Shown here in pieces: positions 25,306-39,678 of a DNA stretch of 64,000 nucleotides. The stretch's first letter is position 1. Each line of letters starts with the position of its first letter. Source of the stretch: Balanoglossus misakiensis (taxonomy: Eukaryota > Animalia > Hemichordata). The translations under genes and the position numbers were made by a program. The DNA lies in NCBI GenBank assembly GCA_040954595.2, contig CM082592.2:3364735-3428734 (forward strand). The letters are read 5' to 3'. The notes beneath the pieces were generated by a model that worked only from the letters and a program-made list of their open reading frames with translations, searched no databases and had not been told where the DNA came from.

Positions 25306-28300
25306 CAGTGCCACAATAAACAATATAGAAAATCGTATTCATGCATGCGTTTTCGGTTTGATGAAAAGTCTATACTACATCTCATCTGAACTGAAAATAT
25401 TTCAAATTTGTAATTCAATTAACCAAGCTCTATTAAAGTAATTAATCAGTAATACAATCATCAAAACATAGTGTGTGTCTCAATTATTATTGGATTACCA
25501 CTAATCACTGCAAAGTTAAACTGCGGTTAATGCGGATCGGAATATAGGGAAAGACGATGTCGATGACGATATGATTACAAGAAACAGAAATTTTCCCTAT
25601 AATTACCATGAAAACTGTACTGAAATGTAAAAATAAAATTGCCGAAAAGTGACTTTCATTTTTTATTAATGCACTGAGGCTTAAGGACACGAGCAAAAAA
25701 AAAACTACGACAAAAACTGTTTGAATACGATGTATACGTATTTTATGCAAAAAATGCATTTTCCGAAGTTCAGACACATTTCCCCGCGAAAACTCAACCC
25801 GGATGTCGACGTCAATTTGAGAACCGCCTGATCCGGACCTCTCTATACCTGTCGAATAACGACTCTGTGTTTATTCATCCTCCGAAGATGAATATTGGAA
25901 AGTGCAGGAGAAGAAGATATGAAAGCTGTTGTTGTTGAACCACAGGAATTTATATGATAGAACTATGACTGAAAAAGTGTGTTGTCGATCAGCGTTTTTT
26001 TCTTCTTCTGCCTTTCTCTTACCGGTACGATTCTAACCTTTGGAGATCGAGCGCCCTGTGACCGAGAACCATCCGTTTCAAGAAGCGGGTCAAAGGTTTA
26101 ATTCGTAGATCTTAGTTTAGAAGCGCTAGAATACAGTTTCAGACAGAGGGGCTGCACACCCCTGCCCTAAATCTACCAGTAAACCCCCTCTCTGGATAGC
26201 GGAGATTTCTGACCGTAATCTCGTTTTTGTTTAAGTGACGTGATTGGTCAGAAGTTAATGAACACTGATGCGCAGTATCGTGTAACTTGCTTACCTTCTG
26301 CGCACAACATGGCAGCTCTCATAGGATGAATCACGTTATCTTGATAGTGAGATAACGCTACTAGTAGTTGTCATAACGTATCTTCGCTTGTAATAACCGG
26401 TTGTACCGTGGAATACTAATAATGGAATCCAGTTTTTGATGCCCGGAGCTCCCACGATTCCTCGAGACACGGGTGAGAACATCAATTTAGTTCAATTCAA
26501 ACTCATCAGTTGCAGCCGTACACTGCAGCTGGTGAGATCGGAGTGAAAGGTCGACCCGATCGGCGATCATGGTCGCAGGATGTCGCTACTGATGCGCTCA
26601 TGCCGGTGTCCACGATCGACCTACATCTGTGTAAATGTGCGTGTGTGTTCCTGTCGGACACATACACGATCGACGCGTGTGTCCATGACCTGGGAGACAT
26701 TGCCATCAGGGCATGGCTTTCTCGTTGTAATTATTGTTTGTCTCGTTACCGAGGTAACTGCAGCAGCTCATAGCTGCGGTACCGATATAGATTACTATAC
26801 AGTGTTACATGTACATCTACTGTGACTGGTGATTTTTTTCCGACTGTGCACCTCCAAATGTTTAATCTACCCAAACATTTGAACAGACGTTCTTCGGATC
26901 TCCAGATTGACTTTCAATTGACCTTCATGTCGCATTGTCATTGCTCCCAACATCGAAACAGCGTTGCACCGTACATTGGGGGAGGGGGCGGGGCTGGAGG
27001 AAATGCAACTTTTGCAAATCAAATGTCTCATAACTTTAAAAGCGTGAGAGTTGGCCCACTTGTGGTTGTTGGTATGGGGTCTATACGCCATCCCTGTCTT
27101 TGGAACTTCGTAAACAAAGCATGATCTCATCCACTATGGAAGTAAATGTACTCCTGTGAGACACTGGATGGCGTTTGCAATGGGATGGCCAACTAAATTC
27201 AGTACATGAAGATTGAAGACTCTATGCTGGCACCGTTGCTAGTATAGCTTAACCAGCTTTCACTACCATGGTTCAGTCCAAACCCAAATGTTATATATGG
27301 TAAGGTTGGACCTTTTAAGAGGGAACTGGGGGGTGAAATGGTTAAAACTCTAGACAGTCCCAGGACTCATTCCCGCCTTTCAGAGTTAACCCGTATTCAG
27401 TGTCACAATAGATGTACATTCAGATAGCGAGGGTCAACAGACCTTTCTTCCTTCAAGGTTCAAAGAACTTAAAGATAGTTCAATGTACATGTATGTATAA
27501 GTTTAGCAAGCAATCTCTGACCCCCAGGAATAGGCTTAATGACCATAACCAGTTCAGATTATGTCAGTAGGCATGTTTGGGCGCTAATCTTGTCAGTAAA
27601 AAGTTCCTCGCCCTTATAATGGTTGCTTCGACTCTACATGTATGGTTTGCTGGTTTTGAAGCCACTGCATGAAAATATTGTAAACTGCAGTATTCATGTG
27701 AATCATATCATAGACCCTAGAGAAAGGGTCAAGGGTCTATGGTCATATCAAACATACTCGTCGTCATTCATTGAAATTACGAAAACAGTACTAACTCAAT
27801 TTTATTGTGTATTGCACTTCCCATGATGGCTAGAGTTTTAATATTTGTTGCATAATGTTATTACTTCTTGACTTATACAATTTACACACAACTTGAATCC
27901 ATATTCCTAATAATTGTTTTGATTGTCTTTTAGGTCCGTGGTCTTGAAAATACTATTTTTGCCAAAGGCACCCAGCATACTACTGTAGGTAAGTATGGGA
28001 GATGAGGAACTAGGACACTTATGACAACACGAACTTTCATTTGTCAAAGACACAATTGTACATGCCAGTGGGAATTACCGTGGTAACATTTATACATGTA
28101 TACTTACGGCCTCAAGAAACTACTTATCATTGGCAGCCCTTTGGCAGTATAATTGCTGTTTATAACAAGTGCAGTTCTGCTGTCCTTAAAACTGAATTGG
28201 TTTAGATATAATCTGCCAGTAGAACCTTATCTGGAGATCTGACAGACATGATAGCTGTCTGATATTTGCACTTTGGATATTTCTAAAAAAAAGGGGCAAT

Positions 28301-29610
28301 TTCAGTACAAAGTACATGTTAATATTCATTGCCATTTTTACCAATGAAATCAGTAAGAATGCATTCATGTAAGCAGACCCCTTCTTTCTTATTAAACTGG
28401 CATCAGTCATAGTTCTAAACCACTGCTAGTGCTTACTATGATAAAGAACAGCATGATCTCTCAAAGGAGTCAACAAGCAGTTGACCTCTACAGCTCGCAG
28501 ACAAAACGACTAACTCGATTACTGTTACTAGGTGACCTTGTGAATATGTTGTGTTCATGTTTTCAGATAGTTCAACGAAAGTGAAATATGAGTTTTCACT
28601 ATAGAGATTATAACTACCAATTTAAATATTCAGGGTGGTACATAGTAACTGGTGAATAGTTATTGATGAGGCTTTATTTTGTAACGAAGGACACATTTCT
28701 AGAGAGAAAGAAGGCCGCGCTTTGTTCTTTTTTATAAACAATATAACGAAAGTTAATCACTGCCGATTTGTGGAAATGGTTCTTTGATTTACATTGAAAT
28801 TTCCCCTGTAATTGTTAAAAGCATGCAAGACATTGTGAAAAACTGAATATACATTGAATAGAATAGAATCAATGCAGAGCAGAGAACCAGACGAGTTCAA
28901 CAAACTTTGACTGACACAGATTATTGTAGGGGATTACCCATTGTACATGTACACTGTACATTCATGATGGCAGACTAGTGGAATATTATGCTCTAGAGTC
29001 CATTTACAAATTAAACTGGGGTCAATTAAATGATCCATCCGTTGATAATCACAGTCTATAGTTTGATTTTAAAATACTTTGTCTTAAATTATCTCTAAAC
29101 ATGCAAGGATACGAGTATGTCAGTGTATGAAATATTTGTCTGTAAATAAAAGGATATTATAACTGGGGTTTGATTTTCTTTCAAATTGATGCACCATACT
29201 TCAAAGTACATTGTACATGCGTGTACTTAATGCAAGAGTTTAACTGTGGCTATTTTGAGAATTAGATACGTTGTTGAAGTTAAATCATTATCACCATAAT
29301 CATCATCAATTAATTCATTCAGTCAGAATAAATCAGTGAGGAATACATGTAATTATCTCGACTATTTGCTTAAATCTTACAACCCTATGATTGGTTCAGT
29401 TTTGGGGGACAATATGAATGGGACAGCTATAGTCACACAAATTGACATTTTCTTGAACATGTAAATGTATGAGATAGTGCACACTTTGAAATAAAGTTTG
29501 CACAGTATTTAATTTTATTTCATTCATGTGTGATTCATTATGTACATTATTATTTTTCTCTTCTCAGGTTTTTTCTTCTGTAAATAAAACACAGCCGGAT
29601 TTGCGCAACC

Positions 29611-32600
29611 ATGGTTACGATAGACCCTTATGAAGCGACTGTTGTGTGCAGAAATGTACATAAGAAGTATGGTCATGGCAAGAAAGCTCTACATGCTCTC
29701 CAAGGAGTCAATTTGACATTACCTGAGGGTAAAATGTGAGTACAAGCCTTAAAGTTTCGCCACTGGCTCATTGTAACGTTCATGCTACTGGGTGTCATAC
29801 CTGTTTAGAGTGTCAAGTCCCTTAAAATACGTATGTGCCATTTTTCTTCGTAAACGTATTTTGACTGTCTTAACATGGCTCTCATACATGTACTTAGACA
29901 CACTTGGCAGTTTGAACCCCCATAAAATGTACCAAATTGTACTGGTTTGCACTGTTTCGACTTGAGGGTCTTGTATAGGCCCTACTGATTAACACGCACT
30001 TTGCAGTCTAACAGGGATTCTAGGCACCCTGGTAATCAAACCAGTTTCAACCGATTTGGCAGTGTTTAGAGGTGCACTACTTGTTAATGGATGTGACATG
30101 AGTGACTGTCTGCAGACAGTGAATGCTAAGGTGTTTTTAACTATCTAATTGAGTTCTGCGTTCTCCTCTATCAGTTATGGTTTGCTCGGGCCCAGTGGGT
30201 GTGGCAAGACAACACTGCTGAGATGCATGCTGGGAAGGCTGAGTAAAGACAGCGGGGAAATCCGGGTTCTTGGTGAGGCACCAGGTGCTACAGGTCATGG
30301 AGTGCCAGGATGCATGGTGGGATATATGCCTCAGGTAAGGGGTAGCTGTTAGGTTTAGAAAGTTAGATTTAAGTTGTAATAAATCTGAAATTTCATCAGG
30401 TTTCAGGGGACAGAAATCTTGTGTTTTGTTGTTACACTTCTCAGAATGAAAACAACTTTACAGTAATTAAAATGGCAATTTTCATGAAAAAGGGAAATCA
30501 TAATATCTCAACCCTCCATGGAAGTAAGATTTTTTTTAAATTTGGGTAATATACTGAGAAGCCTCAATACGTTATAATGCAATGTGCATGCAAATTACGT
30601 ACCGGATATACATGTGCATTGTGTGTAAATTGTAAAATTTTATGAATGACAATTTTCTCAATATCAGTGTCGTACAAAGTTTTGAAAGTTTTATTGTGTA
30701 GCTGACATGATTATTAACAGCTGTCTGTTGTGTTTTCTATGCTATTCTAGGAGACAGCCCTGTACAATGAGTTTACCATCGGTGAGACTTTGACATTTTT
30801 TGGACGGCTTCATAAAATGTACGAGGTTGAGATCAAAGAGAGGATTGTGTTTTTGTTGGATTTTTTAGATCTTCCTGATAAGTCTAGAATTATTGGACAG
30901 CTCAGGTAAGAATATTTTATTTAGCTTTGCATGATGGTGAAGGAAAGATTATTTGGCTTACCACACAAGGTTGCTTCTGATTGGTCAATTCCTTTGTCAG
31001 ATGAAGACTTTGACCAATGGGGAATAGACTTTCTACCACTATTTCTATTTTATGGTGACAAGGTGTTATGTTGAGAGATTATTTTGCAAGCAACATGAAC
31101 AGTACAAAAACAACAAGGCCCAAAAAAGTAAATTCTTTGTTTTGCATCCTTGTTTATTTTTTAGTTTTCTAAATACATGTAAATGAAAAACACAAATTGT
31201 ATTTGATTAGCTTATCCCTACTAACTATTTGGCTGGCAACAGCACAAAAAGAACACCCACCATGTTACTATCAATTGACGAATGAGAACACAGTCTGCGG
31301 ATAAGGTGTGTTACAATAATTATGGTGTTCATTCACAGTGGTGGGCAGCAGAGAAGAGTCTCCTTTGCTGTGGCTCTACTGCATCAGCCAGAACTTCTGA
31401 TCTTAGATGAACCAACAGTTGGAGTTGATCCTGTTTTACGAGAAAGGTCAGTGTTACTTAAAATTGTACAAGCTGATATGAAACAGTGTCTCATCCAGGA
31501 TGGCATCAGCAAGGGGGGGGGGGTGATATGTCCCCCTTTGCCAGAATTTTTAGGGGAGGGGATTCCACTCTGGCAAGGGGGAATGTAATATCTCCAACAT
31601 GTGAGTGACATCAAAAGGAATTTTTCGCGATATCAAAAGAGGCAACTCTTACGTGAGGGTTAATTTTCACGTTCTCTTATTTCATTTACTGCATCGTTAT
31701 CTCCGAAAAACATTTTACGAGACGTTTTATTCTCACGTTTTTTTTTTTTTTTTGGGGGGGGGGGGGCTCTTGCGTATTTCATGAAAGTTTTCAGTACAAT
31801 GTACCTTCCGTCAAAGTGTCCATTCTGACATCATAATCTGCTCGCACTCCTCTTCAGGATATGGCAGCATTTGGTTGAATTAACGAAATCTGGTAACGTG
31901 ACTATCATCATCACAACTCACTACATAGAGGAAGCCAGACAAGCTGATTTGGTTGGAATGATGAGGCAGGGAGTTTTGTTGGCAGAGTCTCCTCCTCAGC
32001 AACTGATAGACAGCCATCAACAACAGGCAAGTCAAGTCAAGCTGTCATCTTAAGGTTGTACGGTCACCTGTGGAAAATTAGCTATAGTTACCATGGCGAA
32101 TTCAGATCTAGCCAATCACTGATTTTCAGTGGGTGGCACAGGCGAAAAAAAGAGCGCTGCCATATGTTCTTTAGAACGCCCAAATACGCCATTTCAGCCA
32201 TATATGGGTGTATGTAAATTAGAGGTGACCGTATACCCTTAAGTTTTTTATTTTTGGCTTCTCTTTTGCAAGAACAGTAAACATTGTAACATGCATTAAG
32301 TTTGTGTAAACATATAATTCTCAGTTACTAATTCTTCTGTCTTTGTTACTGTTTCAGACTTTGGAAGCTGTGTTTTTACAATTATGTGAAATGGATAAAC
32401 AGCACAATGTAAGTGTATTAAAATTTGTAAAGCTGTTATATAACTACATATATAATGTGGACGTGCCCTCGCAAATTTTCTACTGCCATCAATTCTGCTA
32501 TAAAATATGTTCTGTGCTGTCTTGCTGTTGTGTCCGGAGTGTGACTATGTAAATTTCCTGTTTCCATATGCCACATTACAAATGCAAGAAAAATTCAACT

Positions 32601-33790
32601 TGATTAAAAGGTTTCCACATTAACGAAGTCATAATTAGACGTATTGTTTTGGAATATAATGAGCAGTGTGCCCTTTAACAAACATAAATTTTAAAAGCTT
32701 TGAGTCAATTTGAGGATTTCTTAAAATTTCTCTGAGTCAGCCCTATGCATGTAGTGTGGATAATTTTCTTGAGTCACCAGTGAGTTTGTTGAGTCAGTGG
32801 CGTGTCATGTGGGCTTAGAGGGCACACTGAGTATTATAAATACCCTAATGATGTCAGTGATATTTTATGTTTTACTGAATTGTTTTTCATGATCAAAAGC
32901 TAACGGGAGTAGCAGTCAATTACCAGACAGCGGATATCCCAACACACAGCAGCATAAACGAAGGTCAGAGTCACTCCAGAGATGCAGACAAAGATTATGG
33001 AGAACCAGACGAAAAAACTGCATTGCTTTCAAAGAAACATTTGGATTCTGGCAAAGTTGACAATCAGCCAATTACTGGTAAGTGAAATTTGTCATCCTAC
33101 TCAGATAACATGTACTAATACTATTGACATCAATCAATCAATCCATCCATTGATTCATTGAATTGATATGTTAATTGTTGATAGTTGGGTCTGTATCTAT
33201 CCATCACTCGGTCCACAGGTAGATTGGCAGACAGATAGACAGACAAACAGAGAGATGGATAGATTGATCAATCACTCAATCGATATACCAATTAAAGGGA
33301 CAAAGTCTCTCTCTCGCTGGCCCTTTTCCATTAATTACATGTATGTTAATTTGATACAAGACGCCGTTTATGTTATTCTACATGTGGATATATGGTGAAT
33401 CAACATTCAACCACACACAACTTCCATCTCGTTTGTAGGATATGAGAGTAAAAACTCGCCCAAAATGAATAAATGGTAAAGAACGATTATTCATTTTGGC
33501 GAGATTTTTCACTCTCCTGTCTATAAGAGGGATGGAAGTTGTGTGTGATGGAACGTTCATTCACTATATATCCACATATAGAATAACAAACGTTGTCTCT
33601 TATCAAATATAATTAATGGAAAAAAGGGCAGCGAGAGAGAGACTTTGTCCCTTTAATTGATAGATGTATGATAGCAGGTTTGTCAATGGATTGGTCGATC
33701 CATGGATAGATTGATAGATAGATAAATAGATAGATAGATAGACAGACAGATAGATAGATAGATAGAATGATGTAATGTACCCTTTAATAA

Positions 33791-33854
<64 letters not shown>

Positions 33855-33855
33855 C

Positions 33856-33895
<40 letters not shown>

Positions 33896-36800
33896 ATGAT
33901 GTAATGTACCCTTTAATAACCAAGCATTTTCTCTTTATTGTTCGGCAGGTGAAAAAGACAACAGTTCTGAGAGCTGTACATGTGGCAGTAGTTGTGTTCC
34001 TAGTGGTTGGAATATTCTGGCACTCTTTATCAAGGATCTTCTTCGGTTCAAAAGACGACCAGGGTGAGTTGAATGATTAGAATATGCCGCACATGTCAAC
34101 ATGCAGGCCTTACATATTCTGATGTTGCGATGCAGCAGTGGTTGCTGGTTGCAGTGAGCGGCCATGTTTGAATGTACAATGCATTCAGTGCAACCATCTT
34201 GACCGGAGACCCAAGCTTGTAGATTTGATTACCAAAGTGGAACTCACGTCTGGTGTCAAGTGGCTTTCATTTGGATTCGCAAAATTGTACATAACTTTCT
34301 TTGGCAAAAAGTGTGCGTATGCCGATGGGTTCAGCTGTGAATTTTGGTCTTTGACAAGCAGAGCTTGCATATACATGTAGTGACCTTTTGATTCATAAAC
34401 ATGCATACGGATATGGATAGTTTACAGACAAGTATCATACAAAAAATTGCGTCTTGTGTGTCTTTACCTTAGCACCTCATACACTGACTTTCTCCTTTTC
34501 GCAGATTTCTTGCATTCCAATTAGTACTACCCGTTATCCAGGTTGTCTTGTTCTGTTTGGCTGTTGGTGGCACCCCACATGGACTGTCTGTGGCTATAGT
34601 CAATGAAGAGAACCCCCCTCAATTAAGTCAGATTTACCTACAGAACTTAAACAATGATACCATTCACAAGGTGAGTAGAAGTACAAACTGTACACTATCA
34701 AATCACCATTGTCAAAAGTATATAACATTAACATATATAGCCACTCTATGAACTGGAAATACAACATCCTTAAAGGATTTTTAGGAAGTGCCCCTTGATT
34801 TTAATGTTATTGTTATTGCACAGGTACCAGTGACAAATCTATCAGATGCCATTGAAGGAGTGAAACGAGGAGATTATTGGGGAGTCATTCACATAGGACC
34901 TTCATTTTCACCAGATCTTATGCAGAGGTGAGAACAGTGTTTTTGCAGTACACACCCATGTAAATTTTACCAGAGTTACCCAGTCATTTAAACTGTGGTT
35001 CCCCATTTTGATTTCAGGTATATGGAAGGTTTTAAAGCTGACAATGACACCATCATTGGCAGCACTATCAGAGTGACCTTAGATATGACAAGTAAGTAAC
35101 ATGCTAAATTTTCAGTTAGGTGTCTCAAAGATTGTGGAAATGCTGAGTCAGCACTCTTGCACTCCTATGCTATAGTTTTCCCAAGGTGAAAATAGCTGAA
35201 CAGATCTATCAAAAAATCAAGCACAGTGACATAGTGCTTTCTTTATATCATTTAAAGGGGAAATCCGCTGTAGCTGATTTCTACATAATTTGGTAGCTTT
35301 GATGTCTCTCTTTCAGAAAAAAACATATTTGCCATGTATAGGTCGCGCGATTTTTTACAAAATCTAGGGAAAGTTGGCAGAATTTCCAATATGGCGTTTA
35401 CTGTAATTTGAATCATGGGAAAAAAAGCGCCAGGACCAACTTCCGCCCACCATGGTGTGGGTGATACCATTCTCCGATAGGTGTCACTGGGCGACAGACT
35501 AGGCGTATTTTCATAGCTATTGTTTGTTCTTTGCATCAGTTGATAAACAATCATCAGCAAAGTCGAAAATTTGTCATCTATTGACAGTTTTCATGAGCTA
35601 TAACCCATGAAAAATATGGAAATACGCTTAGCTTGTGACACAGTTACACCAATCGGAAAATGGTATCACCCACACCAAGGTGGGCGGAAGTTGGTCCTGG
35701 CGCTTTTTTCCCATGATTCAAATTACAGTAAACGCCATATTGGAAATTCTGCCAACTTTCCCTAGATTTTGTAAAAAATCGCGCGACCTATACATGGCGA
35801 ATATGTTTTTATCTGAAAGAGAGACATCAAAGCTACCAAATTATGTAGAAATCAGCTACAGCGGATTTCCCCTTTAATAATACTCCTCTTTTGGCACCTT
35901 ACATGAAATTTTCAAGAAAATGACACTATTCTACCGTAATACTATTTTCTCAAAATTCTACTTGTAAGGCTATGGAATGTGATAACAACACACTGCATCT
36001 GGGTAGTCATCTACCTTAAGCATGTACGATCATTAAACATGAAAGTATGAGTATTGTCAATTCTTTTAATTTTGGTCTGATATTTTATATTGATGGACTC
36101 AACTCATTTAACCTGTAATACCATTTTCTAACATTTGTCAAAACTAACTTCTTGCATCATTGTCCTTTTTGCTTTCCAGACCAGCAAATCGCAATAACAA
36201 TAACACAAGAAACACTCACTGCATATGAACAGTTTGGTGATATTCTCATAAAGTCAATTGGTGGAAATCCTTTACTAGCTCAACTCCCAGTTGTGGTGAG
36301 AATTCTCTTGTACTACAATGTATACATATACAGCTGTATTACTCTGCATGCAAAAAGATTTCATTTTAACTTGCATAGTACATGTATAGTACACATGCAT
36401 GTCATCTTGTGTTGTTTATCCAATATGGCCGACAGTCAACCATTATTGTTAGGTTTTGCATATCTTGTGAAACTCGCTCGACATACTCTTTTTACATTGA
36501 ATTAACTGTTTTAGGGACACTTTGTAGTTGCTATTAAATAAGCTACCAATTTGCATAAAATTAACTTTTTTGTAATCAGCGATATATTTATGTAATTACC
36601 ACATGTGTTTTTGATGAAACACTAGTACTTATAAATTTGACAGAGAAGAGGTTAGAGACAAGCAGCTTCTACAGAACAGTGATTGGAGACTGTTCAGTTT
36701 AACTGATGACATGTGAAATGTTTTTGATCAACTGAAATAATGATGTAGCCAATAAGCCTGTATTGACACTTACAGCTCGAAGAATTTATCATAAAGTGAC

Positions 36801-39678
36801 TTGATATCTTTGTACTGTTTTTTTTTTTTGCATTTTCTTAGTTTACTGATCCGGTATATGGAAGTGAAGATTCAAACTTTACAGACTTTATGGGTCCAGG
36901 TGTTATTTTGAGGTAAAATGAGTAATATTGTTGTCCTGCTGGATTGTGGTAAAAAATGGTCAGTTTCTGGTGTTGAAAAAAATGTGCACAGTAAAGATCC
37001 CTACAAAAATAAAAATTTGGTAGTGGATTAACGTCACATTTGACATTCTAGTACGATTCCTTGTCATTGATATCCAATATTCTCTTTTTGAATTTTCTAG
37101 TATAACATTCTTCCTGGCGGTCGGTCTGACAGCATTGTCATTGATAATTGAACGAAAGGAGGGCTTGTTGGATCGTATTTGGGCTGCAGGTTAGTATAGG
37201 ATTTTTTCCCCCTCTCCGATTGGCTAGCGCGTATCTTGAATTCTGGTAGAATTATGTTTATTGATAACCATAGATGTAGTGTGGGAGGGACTTACTGGCC
37301 ATGGATAAACAAAACACGCACATGGTATAAAATGCAGCTTTGAATCAAATATAATGACCAAAAGTCTTGCAGAACTTCATTTCTGAGAAAATCTGTCTTA
37401 TCCTAATCCTTTGTATGACCAACCCTCATTGTTTATTGTTGATGATAATGATTACAAACTGTCTTTTCTATTGCAGGTGTGAATTCAGTGGAATTAATGT
37501 TGGCCCATATAATGACTCAGTTCAATGTTATGTTTTTTCAAATTACACTGATGTTAGTCTTCATCCTGGCTGTGTTCCAGGTAAATTTTGTGACCATTTT
37601 ATCAGTGCTGCTGTTAGTGATACAGAGTTTATAAGTTCGGTTTATTTTCCATCAATTTCGCTAAAACAACACGGAACATTGCTCTTAAATTCACAGTGAG
37701 GGTGTGCAGAGTTTTGCGTTTTCAGAATCGGAATCCTTTAAACGTACTGATATATTCATATCTAAACAATTAAAGGGACAAAGTCTCTCTCTCGCTGCCC
37801 TTTTTTCCATTAATTATATTTGATACAAGACACCGTTTGTTATTCTACATGTGGATATATAGTGAATCAACGTTCAACCACACACAACTTCCATCCCTCT
37901 TATAGACAGGAGAGTGAAAAAACTCGCCAAAATGAATAATCGTTCTTTACCATTTATTCATTTTGGGCGAGTTTTTACTCTCATATCATACAAGTGGGAT
38001 GGAAGTTTTGTGTGGTTGATCATTGATTCACTATATATCCACATTTACATTAACATAACCAGTGTCTTGTATCAAACATAGTTAAATGAAAAAGGGCAGC
38101 GAGAGAGAGACTTTGTCCCTTTAACTATGATTTCATCTTTTCTGGATTTCATGACTACCAGGTCCCATGCGTCGGATCTATACCTTTGGTGTTTTTCCTA
38201 ACGTTGATGCAAGGAATGGTTGGCATGTCATTTGGACTGTTCATATCAGCAAGTTGTGATGATGAAAATACCGCCATTCAAGTGTCCCTGGGATCATTTT
38301 ATCCTACTCTGCTTCTCAGTGGTCAGTATCCAGTCGTCTCTTCATGATACTGTAAAACGGGATATTTTTCGCGAACTAGGCGAGAGCCACAAAAACACGA
38401 AAATAAAAAGTCGCGAAAAAATGTTTTTCGGAGATAACGATGCAGTGAAATATGAGAACGCGAAAATTAATCGTCGCCTAACAGTTGCCGTTTTTGATAT
38501 CGCAAAAAATTTCCTGTCGCAGAAATTTTTCATTTTACAGTATTTCACAGATGATTCTAAATTCAAGTCAAGTGTTAGAATTATGTTTTTTGGCTGAAGC
38601 TTTTTTGAGCCAATTTCATAGTGTAAGTTCGAGACTACATTGTTTTTATCTATGGCAGATGCAACACTTTATAATGTTTAACCCTTCTATTAAGCTCCAC
38701 CCATGATTGGGCACCAGAGAGTATGTTGGTTACATTGTATCAAATGACCAGTCAGCATATGAAAAGACCTGCCGATATTGAGCAAAACATGTTTGTGACA
38801 AATGTATGGGATGCATACATGTCTTTCATAAATGTACAAGGATCATGAACATTTTAACTAATGGTATATTCTTGTCACAGGTATTATGTGGCCAATTGAA
38901 GCAATACCATATCCCCTGAGATATGTTAGTTTCTGTTTACCACAGACCTATGCCACTGAGGCTCTGCGATGTATTATGTTGCGTGGTAGGTATTATGTTT
39001 TTTTTTTAAAGCTAACATGTACGGTATGCTACCAGTACCTTTATGGTTAGCTTTGATTCTTGGTTAAAACCCCAGTAGCTGCTGATTTTTGAATTATTTT
39101 CATGAATGGTCCAGTTAAGTGATTTTGACTGGTGGGTACATACAAACATTTTATCAACCTCTGATTGTAGCTCTACATTTAAATATGAACATAATTGTTT
39201 AAATATGAACTACATTCCTACATGCATACACACATCTGTACATTGATAAATAAATATTTACCAGAGCAAATTGTCAAATGCCGTTCCAAAGTACATTGCT
39301 TCAAGAAGGACTTAAAACAAGATATCATGATCAATAGGATAACTGATAAATTAAAGGTATATGGTCAACTAGGGAAAATTAGCTATAGTTACCATGGCAA
39401 ATTGAGATCTAGCCAATCACTGATTTTCAGTGGGTGGCACACGCGAAAAAAAGAGCGCCACCATATGTTCTTTAGAACGCTCAAATACGCAATTTCAGCC
39501 ATATATGGGCGTTTGTAAATTGGAGGTGACTGTATACCTTTAACATCATATGTAATTTGATTAATTTCCAGGTTGGGGACTGGATTACATACAAGTGTGG
39601 AGAGGCCTGCTGGTTACTGTTGCATGGGGGTTAGGTTACATGATTGCTGCGCTAATTGCCATCAGGGTCCGCAAGTAG
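29611..39678 (+). CDS. ABC half-transporter, NBD-TMD order (ABCH / 'ABCG23-like')
   Basis: About 18 phase-compatible exons (29611-29735, 30174-30333, 30751-30905, 31339-31446, 31858-32026, 32358-32408, 32900-33077, 33949-34062, 34505-34670, 34824-34926, 35019-35091, 36180-36295, 36842-36912, 37101-37189, 37477-37580, 38162-38321, 38881-38985, 39572-39678). Walker [10 protein letters not shown], signature LSGGQQRR, Walker [15 protein letters not shown]-loop TTHY. The TMD carries [17 protein letters not shown] and GIMWPIEA. Confidence 0.92.
32054..32238. mobile_element. ~185-bp TTAA-flanked MITE family (further copies at about 3596-3748, 39355-39539, 55977-56147)
   Basis: TTAA|GGTTGTACGGTCACC ... 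GGTGACCGTATACCC|TTAA; shared internal core gttaccatgg..atctagccaatca. Confidence 0.75.
33296..33652. mobile_element. Palindromic MITE, TTAA TSD, AGG termini (Kolobok-like)
   Basis: TTAA|AGGGACAAAGTCTCTCTCTCGCTG ... CAGCGAGAGAGAGACTTTGTCCCT|TTAA. Confidence 0.88.
33706..33919. repeat. (GATA)/(GACA)n microsatellite with a local tandem duplication
   Basis: Visible; the motif gaatgatgtaatgtaccctttaataa occurs twice. Confidence 0.9.
35256..35873. mobile_element. 618-bp foldback MITE with ~250-bp TIRs, TTAA TSD (Kolobok-like)
   Basis: TTAA|AGGGGAAATCCGCTGTAGC ... GCTACAGCGGATTTCCCCT|TTAA. The mirror-image ORFs at 35252 and 35635 reflect the TIRs. A related fragment lies at about 19900-20135. Confidence 0.88.
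37774..38120. mobile_element. Second full copy of the AGGGACAAAG MITE, opposite orientation
   Basis: Same TIRs and TTAA TSD as 33296-33652. Confidence 0.88.
38349..38542. mobile_element. TA-flanked CTGTAAA...TTTACAG MITE (Tc1/mariner-like); related copies at about 47809-48066 and 31615-31797
   Basis: TACTGTAAAACG ... ATTTTACAGTA, with internal ttttcgcg/cgcgaaaa subrepeats. Confidence 0.7.

Noticed and set aside
26500-26790. GC-rich segment upstream of the ABC coding region as a possible ncRNA or ORF
   Set aside because: No tRNA, snRNA or rRNA hallmarks and no coherent ORF. More likely a CpG-rich 5' region or a repeat; an Rfam search would be needed.
35252-35877. Two ORFs with near-identical peptides on opposite strands
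   Set aside because: Artefact of long TIRs. The same holds for 45163/46758 and the self-mirrored ORF 45918-46286.
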